64,000 nucleotides of DNA from positions 1-64,000 of IMG/VR virus record IMGVR_UViG_3300037882_003354, one strand, 5' to 3'. Position 1 is the first letter of the stretch. The number at the start of each line of letters is the position of its first letter. A program made the translations under genes and the position numbers. Of this stretch, positions 18,825-27,306 are shown in pieces. Under the pieces are notes generated by a model. It saw only the letters and a list, made by a program, of their open reading frames with translations. It was not told the DNA's origin and made no database searches.

Positions 18825-18827
18825 ATA
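18821..18827 (+). promoter_or_regulatory. T4-like late promoter motif ATAAATA
   Basis: The motif recurs just upstream of many genes: + strand at 11921, 16792, 29901, 43124; - strand at ~40233, 44059, 45006, 61872. Confidence 0.6.
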
Positions 18828-18846
18828 CATAGAATAAGGAAATAAC

Positions 18847-19230
18847 ATGGGATATCTTTCACGAACTGAAAAAGGCAGCGCACTCAACATAAGTGAGCAC
18901 GATACCAATCTGGAATTGCTGGCCAAGGGTCGGGCACTTGATCCTGTGATCATTACTACTAGCACCACGTTAACAGCCACCCTGCATGAAAGTCGAGAAC
19001 TGTTTTGCAACAGTGACGACCCCATCACACTGACCATTGCGCTGGAAGCCAGCGGCGGCCCCACTGCGCTGGGTGCAAGATTTTTTGGTACCAACATCGG
19101 GGTGGGCGAGGTGACATTGCTGGCTGCTGGCACACTAAATGGCGATGCGCTGCTACCAGCCACCATCAGCCAATGGTCACCATTCGAAGCCATTAGAATT
19201 GACCCAGACATTTATGTGCGGAGAGCATGA
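18847..19230 (+). CDS. Tail-fibre adaptor-like protein
   Basis: N-terminal RTEKGSALN.SEHDTNL fibre-anchor-like motif; ITLTI...GEVTL beta domain. Confidence 0.6.
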   Translation: MGYLSRTEKGSALNISEHDTNLELLAKGRALDPVIITTSTTLTATLHESRELFCNSDDPITLTIALEASGGPTALGARFFGTNIGVGEVTLLAAGTLNGDALLPATISQWSPFEAIRIDPDIYVRRA

Positions 19231-19233
19231 TCC

Positions 19234-22200
19234 ATGCGCTCCCTATTTTTTAGAAGATCAGTTGCCCGAGCAAAGCAAGCCCCCACACTGAGGGAAGCGG
19301 CCAGGTTTTTACGCAATGCCACCCTGGCACCCAGCTATGCTGAAATACGCGCCCTGGTCAACAATCCCAGTGGTCTTGAGGCCACACTGACTTCCGGAAC
19401 CAACACTGTGGTGTTGACTGCGGGCACCACCAACGACTTGTATATAGGACAATTGTTGAAGAAAACCAGTGGCACTGGCGAATTTAACACCGACTGTTTC
19501 GTTGTTTTGATCAGTGATGCAAACACCTCCACATTCACAGTGAGTAATCCGCATGTGGCGTCAGGTGACATAGTGTTTAGTGGGGCCAACGATTTTACCA
19601 CTGATCATTTTTCCCGGTGGATAGACGCTCAGATGGCACTGTCATTCCCCAGAATCACCGCCACACAGCCGGCCAGGAGTGGCTGGGACGATGACTTCGT
19701 AGCATGTAGAGTCAATCCACTAGCTTTAGGTAGCACAGATGTTCTGTTGGCATCGGGCAATACCAGTCTGATGCGGGTGGGTGATTATTTATACTATACA
19801 CTTGGACAGGACAATTCCCATCTGGGCAGGTTTGGTGCTGGCGCTCGAGTTGCGTCGATAACTGACAACACCCGATTCACCACCACCGTGCCGCATGCGG
19901 CGTCAGGACAACTTGAGTTTTGGCACGGTAGTGGCATACAACAAACCATACGCATGCGTGAAACTTGCGGTGTCTTGGCACTAAACCGTGGAAACCTGGG
20001 AAGAACACTGAATTGGACCCAGTATCAAGAAGGCAGGAGACTAGCCGAAGCCTATAGATTTTACTTGCACCCTGATAAACTACGCATGCGTGTGATACGT
20101 GCTCTGTCGGAATTGTATTCTGTAGGTCCCACTATTCTTGACGGTGCAGAGGCCGCCAGGGGAACTGATTTTACTGACATGCTGTCAGCATCTGCATTTG
20201 GCAATTACGAAGATTTGATTTACAATGTGACCAAAAGTCTCATCATGGGACGATGGCTCAACCATGAAGGCAACAGGAAGGCCAGTGCGGCCAGCGAACC
20301 TGACGAAAATTATGCGCGAGAAATCATGCAACTGTACACCATTGGTCTATGGGAATTACATCTCAACGGTTCTAGAAAACTGGCCAGTGAGCTATCTCCC
20401 AATGACAGTCGTTATATTGCCCAGCCTGACCCGGGATGGGATGCACAAGTGCCCACCTACGGCTATGATGACATACGAGCCATGGCCAGAATACTCACCG
20501 GATATGTGAGTGCAAGTAGAAATCAAGTTTATTATCTGGGCAACCTTGACGACTCAGTCACGGTGACCATGGCCAGCACCACCACCTCACATGGATTGTT
20601 GCCTGGGGATGGAGTATACATTAGTTTCCCACCTTATGACGATGTCCGTTGGAAGGCCACGTTTACCAACAGCAGCACCACATGCACAGTGATCGATACT
20701 ATAGGTTACGGATCCATCCACGGTTTAAGTGCGAATATGGACATCCTGGATATGGACGCCAATCCTGACCGGGAATATACCATTACCTCAGTCAATACAT
20801 TGACAAATACGTTCACTGTTAACACTGCCAGCAATGTGACTGGTGCCCGCGTCATACAGCAAAAAACACCCCCTAATACGGGGTCGTATCTTCCAACATC
20901 AGCTATATTTTCAGTAGTCAGTACATCCAGCGATCGGGTGTTCACCTTTGATTATTCCACACTGCCAATTAAAGCGTCCAACATAAAAACTAGAATCAAA
21001 GGCCGTGGCGGCTACGCTTATATATCGTCAGAGATCATTGGTGGTATTGATCGGGGCATGATCATAGACCAGGACAGACACGAATATGCGTTGCCCAAGG
21101 TGGCCCTCAAGTGGATCACCAATGATCCGGACCAGATCGAGAATGATGCAGCCCTGGCTGGCTCATTATACATTCCCTCCAGAACAATATCATTGAATGC
21201 CACACTGGCAGCCAACACCAACACCGTTTTACTCAGAGATGTGTCATTCCGCGCCCCTGGTACGACCAACTTCGATGTAAATCGTGTCAACACCACAGAC
21301 GTGTTGTATGTGGGACAGCCACTGTACAAGATTAGTAATACTGGCGTATTTGGCACTGGCACTTTTGTAACCAGTATCAACAGCTCTTACGAATTCACAG
21401 TGAGCGTCAATCATAGAACTTCCGGTAACGTGACATTTACAGGCACCAGTACTGGATTCCAGGCCACGCTGGAGCAGGGTAGCAATACTGTTGTATTGAC
21501 ACCTGGTAAAGGCATACCACAAGGCCTGTATGTGGGGCAGGCCCTGTCCAAGATCAGCGGCACCGGCGTGTTTGGAACAGGCACAGTGGTCAGCTCCATA
21601 ATGATGGGCAGCACCACCACATTCCAGGTGAGTGTGCCGCATGAGACCTCGGGTGTTATATCTTTTCAAGGTCTAAACCCCCGCACCATGGTGGGACTGA
21701 CCGATCCAACACTTCTACAAAATTTAGCCGAACAAGAAGTCAGATGGGCCATGCGAGCACTAACCCGTCATCCCAGCACAGCACCCTATTTTGCCACCCG
21801 AATGATTCGCATGATGGTCACCAGTAATCCGTCTCCAGGCTACATTGCTCGAGTGGCATCTGTGTTTAGGAATGATGGACAGGGCGTGGTGGGCAATCTG
21901 GCAGCCGTGTTCAAGGCCATGTTGCTGGATCAAGAAGCTCGCGCACCAGCATCGAAAAATTTAATTGCCAGGGGTACCGACCCACATGACCTGGGCGCCA
22001 CTCTGGTGGGCGCCACACGCCGCCGCCCAGACCGCCTGGGCGGCAGGCTGGATGGTTATAACAGGCAGCATGGCACTGGCACTAGTCAATACACCCAGGC
22101 CTTTACCTACGCCACCGCGCTAAATCACGGTGTTAATTTTGGTCTGTTCACCACTGGTTCGGTATTTGGTCGGTATCCTGCAATATATTCACCAGCGGGG

Positions 22201-22566
22201 CCAGTTCAAGATGCAGGTAAAATTGCACCAGAATTATTCCTATATGATGAAAATGGCACCAGTCGTATCTACAATAGTTCTGAGGATTTCAATGTTATTA
22301 TAGTAGACATCATGGACCGAGAACAGGAGCATCTGCAATTGGCAACGTCCAATCCTAGTGCTGAGGCCAACATCGATGCTCTGATAGAAAAATATAACAT
22401 TCTGTTCACAGGTGGCACTGCTTCGCCTGCATATATAGCAGCATTGTCCAGTTTTATTAAAAATACCACCAATTTCAGTCGCAGCACGGTGTCCAGCCAA
22501 AAAAAGGCACTTCAAATGATCATGCACAGTCTGTACATCAGCCCTTATTCAGTAATCAGGACCTAA
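19234..22566 (+). CDS. DUF1800 family protein with beta-repeat insertions, no signal peptide
   Basis: EAARFL, DKLRMRV..ALSE, AFGNY, PDENYAREIMQLYTIGLWEL, HPSTAPY, VTSNPSPGYIARVA, GNLAAVFKAMLLD. Confidence 0.88.
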   Translation: MRSLFFRRSVARAKQAPTLREAARFLRNATLAPSYAEIRALVNNPSGLEATLTSGTNTVVLTAGTTNDLYIGQLLKKTSGTGEFNTDCFVVLISDANTSTFTVSNPHVASGDIVFSGANDFTTDHFSRWIDAQMALSFPRITATQPARSGWDDDFVACRVNPLALGSTDVLLASGNTSLMRVGDYLYYTLGQDNSHLGRFGAGARVASITDNTRFTTTVPHAASGQLEFWHGSGIQQTIRMRETCGVLALNRGNLGRTLNWTQYQEGRRLAEAYRFYLHPDKLRMRVIRALSELYSVGPTILDGAEAARGTDFTDMLSASAFGNYEDLIYNVTKSLIMGRWLNHEGNRKASAASEPDENYAREIMQLYTIGLWELHLNGSRKLASELSPNDSRYIAQPDPGWDAQVPTYGYDDIRAMARILTGYVSASRNQVYYLGNLDDSVTVTMASTTTSHGLLPGDGVYISFPPYDDVRWKATFTNSSTTCTVIDTIGYGSIHGLSANMDILDMDANPDREYTITSVNTLTNTFTVNTASNVTGARVIQQKTPPNTGSYLPTSAIFSVVSTSSDRVFTFDYSTLPIKASNIKTRIKGRGGYAYISSEIIGGIDRGMIIDQDRHEYALPKVALKWITNDPDQIENDAALAGSLYIPSRTISLNATLAANTNTVLLRDVSFRAPGTTNFDVNRVNTTDVLYVGQPLYKISNTGVFGTGTFVTSINSSYEFTVSVNHRTSGNVTFTGTSTGFQATLEQGSNTVVLTPGKGIPQGLYVGQALSKISGTGVFGTGTVVSSIMMGSTTTFQVSVPHETSGVISFQGLNPRTMVGLTDPTLLQNLAEQEVRWAMRALTRHPSTAPYFATRMIRMMVTSNPSPGYIARVASVFRNDGQGVVGNLAAVFKAMLLDQEARAPASKNLIARGTDPHDLGATLVGATRRRPDRLGGRLDGYNRQHGTGTSQYTQAFTYATALNHGVNFGLFTTGSVFGRYPAIYSPAGPVQDAGKIAPELFLYDENGTSRIYNSSEDFNVIIVDIMDREQEHLQLATSNPSAEANIDALIEKYNILFTGGTASPAYIAALSSFIKNTTNFSRSTVSSQKKALQMIMHSLYISPYSVIRT

Positions 22567-22570
22567 TCAA

Positions 22571-24373
22571 ATGGCATTATTACCAGCAGAGTTTACGCAA
22601 GCAATAAAAGCAGTTGACAAGCAAAAGTCAAACAACAAACGTGCCCTGGTGATTGTGTACCTGGGTGGTGGGTCGGATAACTTTAATTTTGTCAGCCCCA
22701 CCACTGGAACCAATCGCGTGAATTACGAAGCCGCTCGTGCAGAAACAAATAGAATTCCTGTTGATGCCACAGGCAATACCCAATTGATGCCCGGCTGGCA
22801 AATGCACCCGCAATGTTTCAAGCCGGTGTTAACTGGGGGATCGTACGCTTACCATTCACCCACCACAACAGTTGTCACATCCAACGCAGTGGCTCAGTTG
22901 ACCTCCAATCTTCGATTGGACACTGGGGATCAGGTGTACATTGATTTTAAAACTGTGAATACTGGAACGATTGCCACTAGCGGGGTGTTCACGGCCACGG
23001 TATTAACTTCCAGTACATTCATAATCGATAGATCGGTGGATGTTGATCAAACAGGTACGGCTGACATCACCATAAGAAAGAACACCTTCATGCGTTTGAT
23101 TGACCAGGGCAAGGCAGCAGTAATCATGAATGTGGGACCCTTGATGGAACCCACCAGTCGGGCAAATGTAGGCGGTGCTTATTATGGCCAACCGGCCTCA
23201 GTAAAATTGCCAGTGCAAATCGCCAGTCATTCAGATCAAAATGCTTTATGGCAGACCGGTGTTGCGCAAAACCCACAGTACACCACCGGTTGGGCAGGTC
23301 GGGCCATGGATTTGTTAAACCCAGTGTACAACTCCACGCTGACCAACGGAGAACCCACGGTGCTATATCCGTCATCCATCTCTTTCAGTGGAGTGGGTGT
23401 GGCATTTCGAGCCAATGATCAACACGCCGCTGGCATGTCCCCCACCGGATTGACCGGTCGCACGGGCAAAATTTTATCTAATGTAGCAAACACTGGTACC
23501 ATCAACTCATTTGGTTCCGGCACCCAGGGACAACTGTTGACTAATTTTAACAATGTGTTGTACACTGACACCACCTCATCCAATGCATTGATTAAAGAAT
23601 ATTTGGCGGCTCAACAGCGAAGTGATGTGGCGACCCAGGTGATATCAGCGGTATTGGCTACAACGAATACATTTAATACTGTACCGAGCGACAGATTTAG
23701 CGCAGGTGAGTCGATATATTCTTCATTAAAAACCACTACTCGATTGATCAAGGGCATGTTTGACACAACACCGTCGAGAGATTTACAACAAAACCGTCAG
23801 ATTTTCTTCATGACGCACGGCGGATTTGACCAACACGATGATTTGATTTTTGACCAAGACAAGCGACTGGCGCCACTCATGTCGGCATTAAGACAATTCT
23901 ATGATGCAACTGTGGATTTGGGCGTGCAAGATAATGTCACCCTGCTGGTGTATAGTGAATTCGGCAGAACATTATTGCAGAACGATGATGGAACTGACCA
24001 TGGTTGGGGAGGGCATGTGCTGGTCATGGGTGGCGCGGTGCAAGGTGTCAATGGAGTGGGCGGTCTCCCAGTATTTGGCACTCCCCCCACCATTGGCACT
24101 CGATCTGATCGATGGGGACCAGACTTCACAAATGATTTCCGAGGGCTACTATTACCATCCATGCCCACTGAAACATTGTATTCAACACTAATACAATGGA
24201 TGGGTATACCGGATGGTTGGTATGATTTGAATGGTGATCCCACAGTCAAGGGCGCACAAAATGCTGTCAACCCTGTGGAAGTAGTGTTACCCAACATGCC
24301 TAACTTTGACACGGCAGTGGACGGGTCGGGCAATCCCAGACTGAGAAAAATCACAGGACTCTTGAGTCCCTAA
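22571..24373 (+). CDS. DUF1501 family protein lacking a Tat signal
   Basis: ALVIVYLGGGSD, NVGPL, SHSDQ..WQ, GWAGR, GGFDQH, SEFGRTL, GTDHGWG. Confidence 0.9.
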   Translation: MALLPAEFTQAIKAVDKQKSNNKRALVIVYLGGGSDNFNFVSPTTGTNRVNYEAARAETNRIPVDATGNTQLMPGWQMHPQCFKPVLTGGSYAYHSPTTTVVTSNAVAQLTSNLRLDTGDQVYIDFKTVNTGTIATSGVFTATVLTSSTFIIDRSVDVDQTGTADITIRKNTFMRLIDQGKAAVIMNVGPLMEPTSRANVGGAYYGQPASVKLPVQIASHSDQNALWQTGVAQNPQYTTGWAGRAMDLLNPVYNSTLTNGEPTVLYPSSISFSGVGVAFRANDQHAAGMSPTGLTGRTGKILSNVANTGTINSFGSGTQGQLLTNFNNVLYTDTTSSNALIKEYLAAQQRSDVATQVISAVLATTNTFNTVPSDRFSAGESIYSSLKTTTRLIKGMFDTTPSRDLQQNRQIFFMTHGGFDQHDDLIFDQDKRLAPLMSALRQFYDATVDLGVQDNVTLLVYSEFGRTLLQNDDGTDHGWGGHVLVMGGAVQGVNGVGGLPVFGTPPTIGTRSDRWGPDFTNDFRGLLLPSMPTETLYSTLIQWMGIPDGWYDLNGDPTVKGAQNAVNPVEVVLPNMPNFDTAVDGSGNPRLRKITGLLSP

Positions 24374-24376
24374 ATC

Positions 24377-25729
24377 ATGGCCAATGTGACCACCAATCAG
24401 GGCGTGACTGTGTATACAGTCACAAGTTCCACAGACTCGGCCACCCGTATACCCGACAACCTGGTGTTGGATCCCCTGAAGGGCGTCATACACGGCAACA
24501 TACCCTATCAGCCGGCCTACGTCAAGAATTATGAACTGACGGTCAATGCCACCAAGTACATCACCACCTCGTCAGGCGCACCTCTTTACGTTGTCACCAC
24601 CACCAACACATTTACCCTGGCCATCAAGGGCGAAGTTGAAAGCACCATCGAATGGGTCACTGGCACTGATTTGGGATCCATTGAAACTGGCATCACCAGT
24701 GAACTGGCCGTGGCAGCCCGCCAGATAAATTCAGATTACACCATCAAATATCAGCTGGCCAGTGGCACACTTCCACCGGGGCTGGCCTTGGAAAGAGATG
24801 GCAGTCTGTCCGGCCGTGTGAATACTGGATCCACCACTGGCACCTACACATTCTCCGTCACAGCCAGCGATGTTTACCAGTTGAGTGCCGTACAACGAAC
24901 ATTCACAGTCAATGTCATACAACTAGATAACCGTGTGTACACTGAAGTTTACATGCGCCCGTTTCTGTCCCGACAAAAACGCGATGTCTACAGAGAATTT
25001 ATATCCAACGAGTTTACATTTCCACCCAACATGATGTATCGATATTTTGATGCCAACTTTGGGGTGAGACATGATCTCAGGATCACACTGGAATTTGGCA
25101 TAGAGAAGATAAACTTGCGTGATTATGTGCCAGCACTCAGGGAGAACTTCTATCGTAGGAGGTTTTATTTTGGCGACGTCAAAACGGCGGTGGCCAAGGA
25201 CACACACGGCAGGGTGTTATACGAACTGGTGTATGTGGATGTGGCCGACAGCCTGGTGAACAATTCTGGAGACAGTGTGTCATCCATGATCACATACAAT
25301 CATGGTGGCATGTATTACCCTGGCAGCGTGGCCAACATGAGACAACGATTACAAGGACTGGTACTTCCAGATGATCAATACATTGGTATCAACTACTTTA
25401 ATTTGCCACGATTCATGCAAACACCGCAAGTGGGCAGTTATCGCCCAGTGGAGTACATCAGTGTGATACCGCTTTGTTATGCGCTGCCCGGACAAGCAAG
25501 TAAAATCGTCAGCAGAATTCGACTGAGCAAGTTTGATTTTAAGTTGATAGATTTTGAAGTTGACCGATTGATTGTACAGAGCAGTGCTGATAACAACTCA
25601 GCTAAATATTTGATGTTCGACAGAGAGGATTTAGCCAATTCCATCAGCGACGATTATATTGTATACGGCGCTGACGCCGTGAGTATAAGCACCGTGCAGG
25701 ATGCGGTGCCATTAACCAGAGAAGAATAA
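24377..25729 (+). CDS. Ig-like virion structural protein, C-terminal part
   Basis: LDP..GVIHG.IPYQPA, SGTLPPGLAL..DGSLSG, YPGSVANMR, LCYALPG, FDFKLIDFEVDR. Confidence 0.75.
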   Translation: MANVTTNQGVTVYTVTSSTDSATRIPDNLVLDPLKGVIHGNIPYQPAYVKNYELTVNATKYITTSSGAPLYVVTTTNTFTLAIKGEVESTIEWVTGTDLGSIETGITSELAVAARQINSDYTIKYQLASGTLPPGLALERDGSLSGRVNTGSTTGTYTFSVTASDVYQLSAVQRTFTVNVIQLDNRVYTEVYMRPFLSRQKRDVYREFISNEFTFPPNMMYRYFDANFGVRHDLRITLEFGIEKINLRDYVPALRENFYRRRFYFGDVKTAVAKDTHGRVLYELVYVDVADSLVNNSGDSVSSMITYNHGGMYYPGSVANMRQRLQGLVLPDDQYIGINYFNLPRFMQTPQVGSYRPVEYISVIPLCYALPGQASKIVSRIRLSKFDFKLIDFEVDRLIVQSSADNNSAKYLMFDREDLANSISDDYIVYGADAVSISTVQDAVPLTREE

Positions 25730-27306
25730 TGACACAAATCACCAACTTGCCAGCATTGACCACCATAACCAATGCCATTGTGCTCCCCATTCAGGATCTC
25801 TCCTCACTACCCAACATCACCAAGAAGATGACCATACCACAGCTCAAACAGGCGCTGAGTGGTGCACAGGGATACAGCGGTTCATCAGGATATACAGGTT
25901 CTGCCAGCAATGTAATAGGACCACTAGGGTACACTGGCAGTCGAGGTTACACTGGCAGCACGGGTTATACTGGCAGCACAGGATATGCTGGCAGTCTGGG
26001 ATACACCGGCAGCATAGGTTACACGGGCAGCACGGGTTATACTGGCAGCCGGGGATACGCAGGTAGTCGTGGCAATCTGGGTTATACCGGATCCATAGGC
26101 TATACCGGAAGTTCAGGATATGTGGGATCGCAAGGAGAACCAGGATTAATAGGCGACGTGGGATACGACGGATCCCGGGGTGATCAGGGATACCAGGGCA
26201 GTCGTGGTGACCTGGGCTACACTGGCAGCATGGGATATACCGGATCAATTGGTTATACCGGCAGTCGGGGTGACTCTGGATATGACGGATCCAGGGGTGA
26301 CCTGGGCTACACTGGGTCAATTGGATATACTGGCAGTCAGGGCGATACAGGTTACGCAGGCAGTGCGGGGATTGACGGTGATGATGGTCTACCTGGTGCG
26401 CGCGGTCCGCAGGGGTACACCGGCAGTTATGGTTACACAGGTTCCAGTATAACTGGATATGCTGGCAGCCGTGGATATGCTGGCAGCCGTGGATATGCTG
26501 GCAGCCGTGGATATGCTGGATCAATAGGATATACTGGCAGTAGCGGCTATACTGGCAGTCGGGGATACACTGGATCAACGGGAGCAGGATACACCGGCAG
26601 TCGAGGCCTGGATGGAGCAGCAGTGGCCAGGGGTGACACTGGGTATACCGGCAGCCTGGGCAAATTTATCAGTAGCGACATTGATTGCGGGACACCCTAC
26701 GATGTCAGCAACACCAGAGTCCAACTGCGTCGTGGCACCGCCCAGCAGTGGACCACACTGCCGTCGCCAAATTCAGTTTTACGATCAGGTGAAATCGGAA
26801 TCGAAACCGACACTGGGGCAATCAAGGCTGGCAATGGCACAGCCTCCTGGAATACCTTGCCCTACACCAACAATGCACAGAACAGTCTGGCCACGCCCAG
26901 CAGCACCCGACCACCCACTGTGGACGCTGTGAATGCGGCGTTGGCGGTGCTGGCAACACCGGGTCAACTGTACATGGATTCAAACAACGACATCACTGAA
27001 ATTCGTACTCTTAGTGCATCGGATTTTGACGGGTATATTCGTCGTATCAATAGTGAGTATCCCATCACAGTCACCGTGCCCACAGTGGCTGACATGGGTC
27101 TTGAATCAGATCCAAATATCCTGCGCACCATTGTATTCCTGCACATGGCTCTTGGTGATTTGGAATTTTACGCCAGTGAGGGTGTTACAATCAATGGAGT
27201 GGCTGGTCCCAGTGTGGTCAACCCAGTGGGCGGTGCCGCTGTGGGCTATAAGTTTTATACACTCACACAGATGTCTGTGAATGGTGATGAATGGGCGCTA
27301 TCATGA
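25729..27306 (+). CDS. Collagen-like (GYTGS) tail fibre with an Mtd/hyaluronidase N-terminal-like domain
   Basis: About 260 aa of Gly-X-Y; QLRRGTA..W...GEIGIETDT..K.GNG..WNTLPY. Confidence 0.85.
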   Translation: MTQITNLPALTTITNAIVLPIQDLSSLPNITKKMTIPQLKQALSGAQGYSGSSGYTGSASNVIGPLGYTGSRGYTGSTGYTGSTGYAGSLGYTGSIGYTGSTGYTGSRGYAGSRGNLGYTGSIGYTGSSGYVGSQGEPGLIGDVGYDGSRGDQGYQGSRGDLGYTGSMGYTGSIGYTGSRGDSGYDGSRGDLGYTGSIGYTGSQGDTGYAGSAGIDGDDGLPGARGPQGYTGSYGYTGSSITGYAGSRGYAGSRGYAGSRGYAGSIGYTGSSGYTGSRGYTGSTGAGYTGSRGLDGAAVARGDTGYTGSLGKFISSDIDCGTPYDVSNTRVQLRRGTAQQWTTLPSPNSVLRSGEIGIETDTGAIKAGNGTASWNTLPYTNNAQNSLATPSSTRPPTVDAVNAALAVLATPGQLYMDSNNDITEIRTLSASDFDGYIRRINSEYPITVTVPTVADMGLESDPNILRTIVFLHMALGDLEFYASEGVTINGVAGPSVVNPVGGAAVGYKFYTLTQMSVNGDEWALS

